A DNA stretch of 63,996 nt, counting the filler, from Chiloscyllium plagiosum (Eukaryota), in the NCBI RefSeq assembly GCF_004010195.1. It is 4 parts of one record of this genome, joined end to end, with 100 filler letters (N's around TTAATTAATTAA, not from the genome) between each part and the next. Parts side by side here need not be neighbours in the genome. Positions count along the whole stretch, not along the records: positions 1 to 14,702 come from NC_057715.1; positions 14,803 to 41,729 come from NC_057715.1; 2 more parts are not named here. The stretch is one strand, 5' to 3'. Made by a program: the position numbers and the translations under genes. The notes beneath the pieces were generated by a model. The model made no database searches and had not been told where the DNA came from. It was given only the letters and a program-made list of their open reading frames with translations. Position 1 is the stretch's first letter. The number at the start of each line of letters is the position of its first letter. Below, piece after piece: positions 10,804 through 25,080 of the stretch.

Positions 10804-13800
10804 CATGACAAAGATAGGTAGGAAAATATGTTGTGATGATGACATAACAAGGATGCAACCCTAGATAGAAGTTGAGTGGGCAAAAATTGAGCAGATGGAA
10901 TGTAATATGGGAAAATGTGAAGTTGTTCACCTTAATGGAAAGATTAAAGTAAAAGTCAATAGTCACTGCACGGAACAGATCTAAGTAAAGAAAATAGATA
11001 GTATTGCTGTGAGCACATATAATTGATGTAAAATTATAGGTATCCAGCAAATTGACTTGGTTTTTCCCTTGTTGGTCTCTTACACACATGCCCAAACAAG
11101 ATAGCAGGCAAATATCTAGCAAGCATTCATAGTATTATTGGGATGCATTACAACCAGGTATCTAGGTAGTTGTATAGGTGCAGCCATACTCAACTGTTTC
11201 ATCAATGACCTTTCCTCCACCATAAAATCAGAAATGGGGATGTTCGCTGGTGATGTGATGTTGAGAATCATTCATAATTCCTCAGATGGTGAAGCAATCT
11301 ATGTGGCAACACTTTGCAGCAGTGAGTAGGCCCAGCAGTACGGACTTGTGACATTGGAGGAGAGTTTGCGTTCCTGGTGGCTTCTAGATTATCAAGGCGG
11401 TCCTAACATTGACTCGTGACTGTTACTGCAGAGTATAGTTTGTTTTCAATGGTGTCCGTGTCCAGCACAGATTCAAGGAGGTAGAGATGGTTTGGGCCCA
11501 ATTTGAGACCCAGAGGCATTGGTGGCTGCATTGGCAAGGTTGAGCTCAAAGCAGACTCGTGGCAGCAGTGGAGTGAATTTGGACAGGTACAGTACCAGGC
11601 AGTGTCAATGGTATCTGCATTGGTCAGGGTGTCAGTGAGGGCGAGTGTTGACTTTGGTTCCAGCAGCAATGGCAAGGCTCATCAGGCCCCTGGCCCACGA
11701 CTGAACTCTTAACAAGAAGGACTTGAAAGTTGGACATTTTTCTTTATTTCTTCATTTTTAAAATCAGCCTTTATGGTTTATTTTTGCATTTAAAGATAGC
11801 GCAAGAGAGCTGTAATTTTGTAGCAAGGTACATGTGACAGTTATTAATTCAAATAACAGTACAGTGGTACCACTTCATTTGTTAAATTTTGATACTTTAA
11901 ATTCACTGTCATTGCCCAAGCTGACTGAAGCAAAGTATGAAAGTTCTTTGAGGTTAAATATGTTTGCACCTAGTTTACCTGGTTGCAATGTATCTCAATA
12001 GTTAAAAATTAATTTGGAGAATTGTATTAGATGTTGGAAATTGCAAAAGTCCATTTCTTATATAAGAGCTTTCTGAGGTCTGCTTTTAGACAATTCATTT
12101 GCAAGTATGTTTATTTCCACAAACTTCCAAGTGCAGCACTTGTTGAAAGGTTTGGTTAACTTCAGTATATGAAGAAGCAAACAAGGAAAGGTTGAGTGCT
12201 TCATCAAGCTGTCAAACGCTCCCTTCATTAGTCAATGCACATCTTAGAGACAGAAGAACAAACTCTAGACCAATTCAACAAGGTAAAATGACAAATTCTT
12301 CTCACTGCCAAAGATGATCCAAACAAGTTCAGGAACTCAAACAGCAAATGCTGGAAAGGCTGAGCAGGCCTGGCTACATCTGTGAAGAGAAATCAGAGTT
12401 AACATTTCAGGTCCGGTGACTCTCAGAGGTCTGAGGAATGGTCGCCAGACCTGAAAGTTAACTCTTATTTCAGCAGGTCTGGCAACATGGGAAGAGAACC
12501 TTTCCAGCAATTTCTGTTTTTTTGTTTCTGATTTACAGCAGTTCTTTTGGGTTTTAAGTTCAGGAACACTGGACTTTTCCACCTACTTTTTTTTTGTATC
12601 CATTACTATTAGCCAAAGCAAGGGACTAATCCTGATTTTTTTTTTAATTGTTATCCTATTAGTAGTGATACTGATACTATAGTACTGATTTTGTGCTGAT
12701 ATCTTTCAACATGAGCAACTATGCTTGTGGGGACTGAACTAATTCCCAAACTAATGCAGAATCTGCTCTCCATTGCACAGATCATATGAATTAACCTGTT
12801 TTTAGAAACATCTTGTTGACCCCTTTTGGGAAGCCTTTATGTACATTGTTCAGGTATAAGTGTTCAAATGTGTCTTATAGTTTTACTGAAATCGCATTCA
12901 CAGCACTGTGTTTGGTTCCCCTACGGATATTTTGTTTTCATATTTCTGTACTTATTTTTCAGTGTGGATAATTGCCCATTGCTGCTTTTTTTTTCCATTT
13001 TGTTTAGTATTGTGAGTTTAAAATCTTAACTGCTTGTTTTTAATCTTGGAATCGCTTAAAGCAGCAATTGGAATAAGTTACCTCAAGGAATCTTCATTAG
13101 CTCACTTTCATCCTATGAAAGAGCTAAATGTCAGCAGTTCTGCAAAACACGAAGGCTTGGCAAAATTACACTTTTGCCCGAATGAAGTCATTCCAAGTAA
13201 TGTTTTTCAGTGGATTTCTCCTTTGATTAGCAAATTCAGTTAATAGCTGACCAGACAGCTTGTTCAGCAAATCAAAATAACCACAAAAATTCTGAATTTG
13301 TGGGAATATAGAAGGATGAAAGACGGCCTTATTGAAACAAACAAGTTTCTGAGGGGACCGGGCAGAGTCAATGCTAAAAGGTTGTTTCCCTCTGTAGGAG
13401 AATCTGGGATCATCTCAGAATAAGAAGTTGCACATTTCAGTCAGAGATGAGGGGAGGGAATCTGTGAAATTCTTTACCACAGCCGGCTGTCATGGTTAGG
13501 TCATCAAGTATATTCAAGGCTGAGAGAGACAGATTTTAATCAGTAAAAGAATCAAGGGTTGTGGGGAAAAGGCAGGAAGGTGGATGATCAGATCAACCAT
13601 GATCTCACTGAATGACGGGCTGAATGGCCTACTCCTATTTCCATATATATGGTCACAGCAACTAGTTGCTAATTAGTCCATTTATTCAGATGCTGATGCA
13701 AATAGAAGATTCTGCCGCATGAGGCTGGTTTTCATATAGACTGGTGAAGTCACTTATCATGTGGTCAGCAGGGTAATGTGTTCACGGTGCTGACAATTCA

Positions 13801-14404
13801 TGGATCAAATAATTTAAATTGTCCACAGGGCCAGATTTAAATGGGTGTACAAAAAGTGCATTAGTGTTGAAAATAAGCAATTTGAAATTAGTAAAATTGA
13901 AACACAAGGCCATTTGATCAGAAATGCCAGAAAAGGACAACACAAATCCTACAAGTCTTGAGAAAGATCCAAAATGGGTAGTCATGTTTTAGAATCTGCC
14001 TTGTCACCTTCAACTATCTGAGAGTCCAAATTTACTCAGACTTAACGGATGAAAGTTCCCTTCATAAATTGCAAATACTCTTTTAAGAAAAAGTCTCACT
14101 TATATTGTTGAGGAATGGCAACTAATGCAAAAATGTCTCTCTTTACAAGTAATTAACAATCTCACTCATAAACCACGAAATGGCTGTTGTAGAGGGAAAA
14201 ATCCCATTAAGCAATTATCTTTACAGTTAGGACAGAAGGTAGGAAAGATTTACTTGGCATCTGGCCTGATGCTTAAATTGTATTCCTGAAATATTATTAC
14301 CATTCTTCAGAAGCATCTTTGATTTAATTTGGCACAAAATTCTTCAAATATTGTGGATGGGAAATCTTCTAATCTTTGCAAGAAGGCATGTTCCAAATTT
14401 GCTT

Positions 14405-14702
14405 GGGACAAATAGATCGCGTGGTATAGACAGGATAGATCGAATGAATCCTTAGAGTATAAAGGAGGTAGGAGTATACTTAAGAGGGAAACCAGGAGGG
14501 CAAAAAGGGGACATGAGATAGCTTTGGCAAATAGAATTAAGGAGAATCCAAAGAGTTTTTACAAATACATTAAGGACAAAAGAGTAACTGGGGAGAGAAT
14601 AGGGCCCCTCAAAGATCAGCAAGGTGGCCTTTGCGTGGAGCCGCAGAAAATGGGGGCGATACTAAATGAGTATTTTGCATCAGTATTTACTGTGGAAAAG
14701 GA
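14405..14702 (+). mobile_element. CR1 LINE ORF2 fragment running into the gap
   Basis: ORF 14524: LANRIKENPKSFYKYIK...ILNEYFASVFT. Confidence 0.9.
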
Positions 14703-14802
14703 NNNNNNNNNNNNNNNNNNNNNNNNNNNNNNNNNNNNNNNNNNNNTTAATTAATTAANNNNNNNNNNNNNNNNNNNNNNNNNNNNNNNNNNNNNNNNNN
14801 NN
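14703..14802. other. Assembly gap with artificial linker (44 N + TTAATTAATTAA + 44 N)
   Basis: Identical 100-bp construct also at 41730-41829 and 54996-55095. Confidence 0.95.
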
Positions 14803-15425
14803 GAAGTGGTGGCAGACACGGCAGTAGGGGTGGCGGAAGTCACTGAGCATGTGGCATCGGCGATGATGTGAGGGCCGGAAGTGGCTGTGGGAGTGGCCAT
14901 GATGGGGGCGGAAGTGACATCATCAATCAGCGTGGGGGTGGCAGCTGCATCAGCCACGTGGCTAATAGCGTTTCTGAGGCCAGGGGAATCTTCTGGAATG
15001 TTTGAGGAGCGCTGGTTATGGAGTTGGGTGGATAAAAGTTTGTTGTACTTCCAGTTTTTGATGTTTGAGATGGAATTGAAATACTGTTCGTTGAGATTTT
15101 GGATTCTCCTAAGGATGTAGTACAAAGTGGGTCCTTTGCAATTCTGAGAGAGTGTGGCCCTCAGCTGAGGCAGGGCTGACTGTAGAGAGGTTAGGTGCCG
15201 GCGCATTGCTGCGAGCGTGGAGCGGAGGATCTTGAAGGAGAACTGTTGCTGGTGTTTTTGAATCTGTAGTCTGTACTGTTTGTCCTGTTCAGGTCCGAAC
15301 GCTGCCGGTTTAAATGTGGTCCGGAGTCGGTGTGGGATGAGTTGGTTACGGAGGCAGGCACTGAGGAAGCAGATGTGGCTGTAGTAGCGGGTTTGTTTCA
15401 CGACATGGTTGAAGAGCTTCAGTGA
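14803..15425 (-). mobile_element. Penelope-like element, N-terminal ORF region
   Basis: LKLFNHVVKQTRYYSHICFLSACLRNQLIP...; the HxxFLxxCxxxxLIP pattern is typical of Penelope ORF N-termini. Confidence 0.7.
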
Positions 15426-16517
15426 CCATTGCCGTTGGAAGGCCTCCTCTTTGAACCAAAGAGTGCCAAATAGGCATGTTGCCAATGAACCCATTTGGAG
15501 GCTATCACATTCAATTGGCAGTTCCCTTGTGGCAGAATGCTTTTTCTGGTACAATGAGCTGCAGCATCGTTTTGCAAATAATGCAAGACTTGCTATATTT
15601 CCTTAGCTCAGAGGGATCAACAGACATGTGATTCTGCAGGCATAGGTAAAATAAAAAGAAACTATTATCACTGCACCTGAACCTGACGAGCCTGATGTAA
15701 TTCCCTCCTTCCCCTGACCCATTATTCTGCTTCATCCATCTGGTGAACACCCCTGCTGTGATTCTATAATGCTGAAAATAACCCTATCCCTGGGATTAGG
15801 GGATATGGAGGAGGCCTTTGACGACACAGTGATGCCACGGTAATTGCTACTTTTGTCTCCTGATAGAAAGAGTGCATAGAAAAACCTTGAGTTTTGCCTC
15901 AGATTATCGGGCAGATCTTATTTCCTGAATGATTCATTCTGCCTTAAATTTGCTGTGTAGAAAATTTTCAATGCCAGATTGTTTTTTTCTCCTTAATACC
16001 GGTTAGGTCCTCCTCCCCCTACTCTCGATAATTTGAAAAGGAAGATGTCAGGATCATCTCAGTTGTTTCTGGTTCTATCATGTGTTAAGTAGATGTTTCC
16101 TGACAATGGAGATATATTTTTACATATCTTGTTACTTGTGAAAGGAAACTCAATTTTACTTTCAACTTTGTTTTGTCAATTTCTAGCTCATCAATATAGT
16201 GCAGAAATATCATTAATTTGTGCTCCCTTAAGATGACTACATGGGCAACCGTAGATATCACTGTCAGTGACAGTGTTTTAGGGCAGCATTGACACTACAG
16301 AACATCCTCAATTGACGAGATCCAATTAACTAAATAACCTCAATGTGGGACCAGAACAAGGTGACAATACTGAGTCCAGTATTACCAATCACTTTATATG
16401 GCGTAAAACTATCCATTTTCATGAGATAACTTGAGTGGAATTTTATTGGGACCTGAACGGTATGGGCTACAGCAAGATTTGTGGCAGAAATGAGAAAAGA
16501 AACAAGGAATGAAACTG

Positions 16518-16762
16518 AGTGAGGTTTATAAAATCATGAGACGCATAGTTAAGGTAAATAGCAAAGGTTATTTCCCTCGGATAGGGGAGTTCAAAACGAG
16601 AGGGCGTAGGTTTAAGGTGAGAGGGGAAAGATTTAAAAGGGACCTGAGGGGCAACTGTTTCACACAGAGGATGGTGCATAAATGGAATGAACTGCCAGAG
16701 GAAGGTAGAGGCATGGGTTGGACCAGAGGGTCTGTTTCTGTGCTGTATGACTCTATGACTCT
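16518..16762 (+). mobile_element. CR1 3' fragment
   Basis: EVYKIMR...FKRDLRGNCFTQRMVHKWNELPEE and a (GACTCTAT)n tail. Confidence 0.85.
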
Positions 16763-18653
16763 GTAAACAGTTCATCTAGTCTTGACTAAGGTCCTGCAAA
16801 TGACTCACATCTGAGATTAGTGCCAAAACTGGGACAGCTGTCTCACAGACTGATTAAACCTGACTTAGTCATACTCATGGAATCATTCCTTATATACAAT
16901 GTCCCAGACAACATGATTACCAACCCTAGATATGTCCTATACCAGCAGCAGGTCAAGCCCAGAAGAGGTGGTGGCACAGTGAGATATATTCGGGAGGGAG
17001 ATGACCTAGGGGTCTCCAAGATTGATTCTGGACCCCATAACACCTCATGACCCAACATGGTCAAGAAAACATCTTGCCGACTACTACATACCACACCCCA
17101 CCCGTCTCCTCGATTGATGAATCAGTGTTGAACACCATTTGGAGGAATCACTGAGGATGGTAATGGCACAGAATTGACTGTGGCTTGGGACTTCAATGTC
17201 CACAATCAAGATTGGTAGGTCAGCTTCACCACAAACCAAAACGGTTGTGTCCCAAAGAACATAACTGCTAGGCTAGATTCCAACATCTTCAGTTTTTTTG
17301 TCTCTAACCAAGTTTGGGTTTGTGGCAATCCATGAGGGAAATACATACTTGAGGTCACCTTCACCAATCTACCTGCTGTAATGGTCAGTATTGCTAAGAG
17401 TTACCATTACACAGTCCTTGTGGAGGCAAAGTCCCACCTTCACCTGTGAATATTCTCCATTATATTGCCTCACAGACTTCGAACAGATCTAGCAACTCAA
17501 GTGCAGCACAGTGGACTATCAGCTATAGCTGTAACATACCTCAACACAATCTGCAACCTCATGGGTCAATATATTCTACACTCTACCATTATGATCAAGC
17601 CAGAGAATCATCCTTTGTTCAATGATGAGTGCAAGAGAGCATGCCAAGGACAGCACTAGGCATACCTACAAATGAGTTTCCAATGTGGTTCAGCTAACCA
17701 AAAAAATAGAACTGCTCACATGACGAACAGCATAAGTACCAAGTGGTTGAGAGAGCTATCAATTCTACAACCGGATCCTGCAGTCCTGCCACATCTGTTG
17801 TCAATGGTGGTAGACAATCAAGCAACTTACTGGAGAGGGAAGCTCCACAAATATCTTTAATAATGGGGAACCCAACACAACAGTGCAATAGAGAAGTCTG
17901 AAGAATTTGCAACAATCTCAAGTCGGAAGTCTGAAGCGAATGATTCATCTCAGTCTCCTACAGAGGTTCCTTATATATCAGCCAATTCAATTCCACATTA
18001 CCAAGAAAAGGTTGGAGGCACTGGATATTTGGAAATGCGGTTTGCCCTGGGACAATTGGCAATAGTACTGAAGATATATTTTCCAGAATTTGCCACAATC
18101 CAGTTGATACCGTTTCAATACAGTTAAACCCTGGTATCTACCCAACAATGTGGAAATTTATCATATTTTGCTTGTAAAAAGCAGGACAGATCCAGCCCAG
18201 CCAATTATTGGCCCATACATTTATTTTTGATCATCAGTAGATGATGGAAGTTGATGTCAACAATGCTATCAAGCAGCACTTGGTTTGTAATAGCCTGCTA
18301 TAAATGCTTAATTTGGTTTCCACCATGCCACTCAACTTGCGACTTCATGACAGCTCTTAATGCAAAGTGGAACAAAGGTGAGGTGAGACTGCTGCCCTGG
18401 TTTCAAGGTCACATTTAATCATGTTGTTGTGTCACCATTGAGTTATCAGAACATAGGGGCTGCTGTCTCATTAGAGAGAGAAGCGACTGGTGGTGATTTA
18501 ACCTGAGGGCCACCAAACTTTAGGTGAGGGAAGAGACTGAGGAGGAGAGTCCTTCATGGTAACCTCAAACCAGTGATAGGAATTGAACGCATGCTGTTGG
18601 TATCCCACTGCTCTGTAAAACAATGGTCCAGCCAACTGAGCTAAACTGATTAA

Positions 18654-19143
18654 ACCTGTGCCCACACCTCTTCCCTCACCTCCATTCAAGGCCCTAAAGG
18701 AGCCTTCCACATCCATCAATGTTTTACCTGCACATCCACTAATATCATTTATTGTATCCGTTGCTCCCGATGTGGTCTCCTCTACATCGGGGAGACTGGG
18801 CGCCTCCTAGCAGANNNNNNNNNNNNNNNNNNNNNNNNNNNNNNNNNNNNNNNNNNNNNNNNNNNNNNNNNNNNNNNNNNNNNNNNNNNNNNNNNNNNNN
18901 NNNNNNNNNNNNNNNNNNNNNNNNNNNNNNNNNNNNNNNNNNNNNNGCCACCCTCCTCTAGCTTATCTCTCCACGCTTCAGGCTCTCTGCCTTTATTCCT
19001 GATGAAGGGCTTTTGCCCGAAACGTCGATTTTGCCTGTCCTCGGATTTTGCCTGTCCTCGGATGCTGTCTGAATTGCTGTGCTCTTCCAGCACCACTAAT
19101 CCAGAATCTGGTTTCCAGCATCTGCAGTCATTGTTTTTACCTA
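18654..19143 (+). mobile_element. Penelope-like element 3' end (GIY-YIG region + pseudo-LTR), with gap
   Basis: IYCIRCSRCGLLYIGETGR motif followed by the shared pseudo-LTR. Confidence 0.9.
18999..19026 (+). ncRNA. Minimal hammerhead ribozyme core in a Penelope pseudo-LTR
   Basis: CTGATGA-A-GGGC-TTTT-GCCC-GAAA-CGTC: intact catalytic boxes, stem II, palindromic ACGT stem III, GUC cleavage triplet. Confidence 0.8.
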
Positions 19144-19270
19144 AACTGATTCCCAGTCAAGTATGGCATCAAGGAGCCCTACAAAAAAACAGCATTAAGG
19201 AGAATCAGGGAGAAATCTCTCTGTTAATTGGAGTCAGCCCTAGCAAAAGGAAGGTTGTAGTTTTCTCAGG

Positions 19271-19557
19271 AATGTGACTTGAAAGAAGTTCTGGGATTTA
19301 CATATTTCTGACTCGAAACCTGCAACCCATTCTAAAAGCTGAAAGATTTAACAGCAATCTAGGTTTGTTCAAATATCACATCAGCTGTATGACACTGTGA
19401 TCTTCTGAAATAAATTCTGTGATCCTACTCCACGAGCTAACTGATGAAGGAACAGCACTCTGAAAGCTTGTACTTCCAAATAAACTTATTGGACTATAAC
19501 ATGGTGTTGTGTGATTTTTAACTTTGTCCATTCCAGTCCAACACTGGCACTTCCACA
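19271..19557 (+). mobile_element. Penelope-like terminal fragment (second family) with a degenerate hammerhead motif
   Basis: CTGATGAAGGAACAGCACTCTGAAAGCTT followed by the same terminus as 45072-45186. Confidence 0.7.
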
Positions 19558-21718
19558 TTATTGAAGATCAGTCATTTTAGCTCCAGGCCATCTCTACAAT
19601 GTTCCTCAGCCTCATGTCCTTGGCTCAACCACTTTCTGCTGCTTCATCAATGGCCTCCCTTCCAGCATAAGGCCAAAAGTGCAGATGTCCACTCATGATT
19701 GCACATTGCTCAGCAGTATTTCTAACTCTAGAAATGTGGAACCAATCAGTATCAAAATGCAGTAAGACCTGGACAATATCCAAGCTGACAAATGCCAAGT
19801 AACATTCATGTCACATAAGTGACACCTTGGGGATGTGATGACTTTGTGATCTTATCACAGGATTGTTAATCCAGAGATGGCAGAATGTTCTGGGGATGCC
19901 AATTTGAATCCTACCAGGGCAGATGGTGGAATTTGAATTCAATAAAAATAAATCTAGGATTAAGAGTCTAATGATGACCATGAATCCGTTGTTGATTTTT
20001 GGAAAAAACCATCATTAATTTCTCTTTGGGAAGGAAACTGCCATCCTTACCTACATGTGATTCTAAACCTACATCAATGTGGTTGATTCTTAACTGCCCT
20101 CTTAACTGGAGTGTGATGGAATATTCTCCAGTTGCCTGGATGCATGCAGCTCCAAGAAACTTGACACCATCCAGGACAGAAACAATCCACAAACATTCAC
20201 TCCTTTCACAACCGAGAATCAGTGGCAGCAGTGTGTACAATTGTGAAAATACATGGCAGAAATTCACTCCTGGATCGTTAGGAAGCATTCCAAATTCATG
20301 ACTTTGATCATCTAGAAGAACAAAAACATAAAATGCGTGAATATCGCCAAGAATCACCCAAGTCATTCGCTATCCTGACCCTCAAAATATATCACCATTG
20401 TTTCAGTGTCATTGGGTCGAAATCCTAGAATTCCCTCCCAAACAGCATTGTGCATCTGCATACAGCAAATGGACTGTGGAGGTTTCAGAAGGTCAGGTCC
20501 CCACCAATTTCTCAAAGGCAACTGGGGATGGACAAAAAATGCTGCTCAGCCAAAATCCTATGAATAAATTCTTGAAAGTGAATCATGGGAGATGTCCAGC
20601 GATAACGTCAGAAACGTCGTTGTCTCTTTTATGCATTTGCTGAGCAGCGTTTCTCATGGGGCGGTGGCAAGTTACCAGTTAAGAGGGATTATTGCTTACT
20701 AACAACCTCCATCTCAGGGCATGCTCCATGCAAACCAGTCACATGCACCCCAAATCCGCAAACATTGGCATCCAACAAGTACCAACTATTAAGGTCCCTT
20801 TTGGCAAATCTCCAATCCACTTTGGCATCAGACACCTGTTGGCCTCTCTGTACTGATATGACATGTCTCTGAATGACTTGAACCATGCTACTATACTTCA
20901 ATGCTGCACCTCAGAGTATATTGGAAACTATCATTGCAATACTGTTGCAAGGGCATTTTGGGCACAGGGTTGCACACCCAGCTGATAGGTTGAACCAGGC
21001 TGCATCTCAGTCCTCTTGGTTATTAGCATTCATGCACTTTGAACCCACCTGCAGGCTCAAGCATTCCTGTTGTGCCCGGCTCTGTCTTTTTATACATTAT
21101 GTCATCAGCCAGAGTTACCAAGCTCACCTTGCTATTTAGCACAGACACAAAGCTAGGATATTTGTCATGGTTGTCAATCAAGTCAAGGTAGATAACCTTC
21201 AATAGCAGCCCCGGGACAGTAAATCATGGGCAACCTCTGGTATGGGCACAGGGATTTGGACACGGTCAGTCAGCCACTCAAGGCATTTAGAATCTGAATC
21301 CTTTCAGTGGGTCTTTCTAACATTTCAAGGACTGTTTTCCCCAGGATTGAGAGGTAATACGGGAGAAGAAGGTATCTGGCAATGCTACCATTGATGGTGA
21401 AGGTGTGGGTAATGTGGAGAGGTGTCCCCAGGTAATGAGTAGACAATGCAAAGGGCATGAGGGTTAACGACATGAGAGGATTGTGTGGGTGGGATGGAGT
21501 GGGGGAAGATTTACACATCTCTGTGAGAATGGGGAAACATGAGCCTTGATCAGAGGTGAGTATAGAAACAGAGTTAGAGAGAATGTGATGTGGTAAACAG
21601 CACTGATATTGACAGATCTGGTGCCTAATAGCTTCTTAAATATGGTGCTTGTGCCTGGGCCTGGGATATTAAAATCATAGAATCCTTACCACGGAGGGAG
21701 AGGCCATTCAGCCCATTG

Positions 21719-22727
21719 AATGCACTGCTACCTAGATTACACCTCCTCCCATCCTGTCCCCTGTAAAAGCGCAATCCCATATTCCCAATTCCTTCGCTTT
21801 CGCCGCATCTGCTCCCAGGAGGACCAATTCCAGTACCGAACAACCCAGAATGCTTCCTTCTTCAAAGACCGCAATTTCCCCTCAGACGTGGTTGATGATG
21901 CTCTCAACCACATCTCCTCCACTTCCCGCACCTCTGCCCTTGAACCCCGCCCCTCCAATCGCCACCAGGACAGAACCCCATTGGTCTTCACCTACCACCC
22001 CACCAACCTCCAGATACGTCGTATCATCCGTCGTCATTTCCGCCACCTCCAAACAGACCCCACCACCAGGGAAATATTTCCCTCCCCTCCCCTATCAGCG
22101 TTCCGGAAAGACCACTCCCTCCGCGACTCCCTCGTCAGNNNNNNNNNNNNNNNNNNNNNNNNNNNNNNNNNNNNNNNNNNNNNNNNNNNNNNNNNNNNNN
22201 NNNNNNNNNNNNNNNNNNNNNNNNNNNNNNNNNNNNNNNNNNNNNNNNNNNNNNNNNNNNNNNNNNNNNNNNNNNNNNNNNNNNNNNNNNNNNNNNNNNN
22301 NNNNNNNNNNNNNNTAGGAGAAAGTGAGGACTGCAGATGCTGGGGATCAGAGCTTAAAAATGTGTTGCTGGAAAAGCGCAGCAGGTCAGGCAGCATCAAC
22401 GGAGCAGGAAATCCCAACCCTCGGACTCAGCAATGCCTTCTTGACCTGCAATCTTCTTCCCGACCTCTCCGCCCCCACCCCCTCTCCGGCCTATCACCTT
22501 CACCTTAACCTTCTTCCACCTATCACATTCCCAACACCCCTCCCCCAAGTCCCTCCTCCCTACCTTTTATCTTAGCCTGCTTGGCACACCCTCCTCATTC
22601 CTGAAGGAGGGCTTATGCCCGAAACATCGATTCTCCTGTTCCCTTTGATGCTGCCTGACCTGCTGCGCTTTTCCAGCAACACATTTTTAAGCTCTGATCT
22701 CCAGCATCTGCAGTCCTCACTTTCTCT
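21719..22727 (+). mobile_element. Penelope-like element 3' part with inverted pseudo-LTR piece, with gap
   Basis: YLDYTSSHPVPCKSAIPYSQFLRFRRICS...PLVFTYHP...LRDSLV (post-RT Penelope linker). Confidence 0.9.
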
Positions 22728-23861
22728 TACTTCTACTTTACTAAGTTATCGCTTGGTTGTAAGAGCAAGAGTGAAAATGGTTCCCATTAGACTCACCTTT
22801 GATGACAATGAATGTCTAAGCCCAAGCAGGAGAAACTGAGACCTGCCTGCCTTTTGGCAGAAATAATCTGTTCAGTTCTGTTTGTGGGGACCTATACATT
22901 TCAATTGCTTTTGCTGTCTTTCATCCAGAGGTAGGTACTGGTAAGGGATGAGAAGTGATGTACGAACCAGATGTTTGGTCATACTCTTCTGCGTTGACCA
23001 TGCTTTTGGCAGCAGAGTTGTCATATCCACCATTATTCTCGGTTAGCACAAATCATGAGGTCTCTGAATAGCTCTGTTGTGATTACCACTTCTTAGACCA
23101 TGAGATTTCCTCAGGGAGGAAATGTGCAAGGAATGTTTCAATTGTTTCTGCTGTGTTTGCCATCTGCACTAAGGTACCCTCTGCAGATGTCACCGTTATT
23201 GGTTGCTGAATAATGGCAATCTGAAGAGCAGACATGATCAGGGCAATTTTTAACCTGACCTGCCCAGTGGGGAAACTGATAAGATTGGATTAGACACACA
23301 TATTGCATCCTGCCTGATTTAACTTTTCAATGATTGATGAAATCATCAAATTTTGATCTACGGAAGGAAACAATTGGGCCAATCATGCTTCTGTTAGCAG
23401 GCTACACAACTTAGTCCTAACCCTCTCTTTGTTTATCCTTATAACTCTCCAAATACTCTTCAAGTATGAATATTGATTTTGGATCTTCCTGTGGAATCTG
23501 ATTCCACCATTCTTTCAACCAGTGGATTCCATATATCAAAAACTGCCTGTGTGAGGAATTTTGTTGCATTTCTCCCTCTGATTTTTCTGGTTTCCCCATT
23601 TGGGACAGGGCTGTGGAGTGTCTTTCTTTGTTCACAGAGGCTGGTGAGTCTTCAGGGCCATCATCTTCAATAAATAGTGGACGCCGAATCTTCGACTATT
23701 TTTAAGACAGATGTGGATAAGACCATAAGACATAGGAGTTGAAGTAAGGCCATTCAGCCCATCGAGCCCACTCTGCCATTTAATCATGGCAGATGGGCAT
23801 TTCAACTCCACTTACCTGCACTCTTCCCATAACCTTTAATTCCTTGCAAGATCAAGAGTTT

Positions 23862-25080
23862 ATCGGTGTTGGAGATGGTCGGAGATGGTCCAGGTGACAC
23901 CTCCCTCCCCTTCCTGGACCTCGCCATCTCCATTAGTGAAGACCGACTTGACACTGACATTTTTTACAAACCCACCGACTCCCACAGCTACCTGGATTAC
24001 ACCTCTTCCCACCATACCTCCTGCAAAAATGCCATCCCATATTCCCAATTCCTCCACCTCTGCCGTATCTGCTCCCAGGAGGACCAGTTCCACCACAGAA
24101 CACACCAGATGGCCTCCTTCTTTAGAGACCGCAATTTCCCTTCTCACATGGTTGAAGATGGCCTCCAACGCATCTCGTCCACATCCTGCCCCTCCGCCCT
24201 CAGACCCCACCCCTCCAACTCTAACAAGGACAGAATACCCCTGGTGTTCACCTTCCACCCTACCAACCTTCACATAAATCGCATCATCCGACGACATTTC
24301 TGCCACCTCCAAATGGACCCCACCACCAGGGATATATTTCCCTCCCCACCCCTTTCCGCCTTCCGCAAAGACCATTCCCTCCGTGACTACCTGGTCAGGT
24401 CCACGCCCCCCAACAACCCACCCTCCTTTCCTGTCACCCTCCCTTGCCACCACAGGAATTGCAAAACCTGCGCCCACACCTCCTCCCCTCACCTCCATTC
24501 AATGCCCCAAAGGAGCTTTCCACATCCATCAAAGTTTCACCTACACACCTACCAATGTCATTCATTATATCCGTTGCTCCCGATGTGGTCTCTACTACAT
24601 TGGGGAGACTGGACGCCTCCTAGCAGAGCACTTTAGCAAACATCTCCGGGGCATCCGCACCAATCAACCATACCGTCCTGTGGCCCAACATTTCAACTCC
24701 CTCTCCCACTCTGCCGAGGACATGCAGGTCCTGGGTCTCCTCCACCGCTGCTCCCTCACCACGTGACGCTTGGAGGAAGAACGCCTCATCTTCTGCCTTG
24801 GAACACTTCAATCCCAGGGCATCAATGTGTATTTCATTTCCCTTTTCCCCACCTCACCTCAGCTCCAGACCTAGTGTACTCTCTGCTACTTTCTCCCCAC
24901 CCCCACCCCCTCTCACTTATCTCTCCACTCTGCAGGCACCCTGCCTCTATTCCTGATGAAGGGCTTTTGCCCGAAACGTTGATTTTCCTGCTCCTCGGAT
25001 GCTGCCTGATCTGCTGTGCTTTTCCAACACCACTCTAATCTAGACTCTGTTTTCCAGCATCTGCAGTTCTTGTTTTTACC
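23862..25080 (+). mobile_element. Penelope-like element: RT C-terminus, GIY-YIG endonuclease and pseudo-LTR with hammerhead core (24953-24980)
   Basis: LPFLDL...IFYKPTDSHSYLDYTSSH and VIHYIRCSRCGLYYIGETGR...VAQHFN; short inverted segment at the 5' junction. Confidence 0.93.

Larger units (their letters stand above)
13160..16200 (-). mobile_element. Highly decayed L1/Tx1-like LINE ORF2 C-terminal region, interrupted by younger insertions and a gap
   Basis: Hand-translated minus-strand pieces, in the expected order: KGLLHIP*SQG*GYFQHY, LWFKEEAFQRQW, LQRLEDF..IFEEFCAKLN, QIQNF..., TWNDFI. Confidence 0.4.
16780..20560 (+). mobile_element. Old non-LTR retrotransposon (APE endonuclease + RT) remnant, fragmented by insertions
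   Basis: PDLVILMES and DFNVH-type endonuclease motifs near 16.8-17.2 kb; decayed RT-like segments near 18.1-18.4 and 19.6-19.8 kb. Confidence 0.55.

Noticed and set aside
14751..15554. 267-aa minus-strand ORF as a host gene
   Set aside because: Chance fusion of decayed older sequence with a Penelope N-terminus, ending in the linker.
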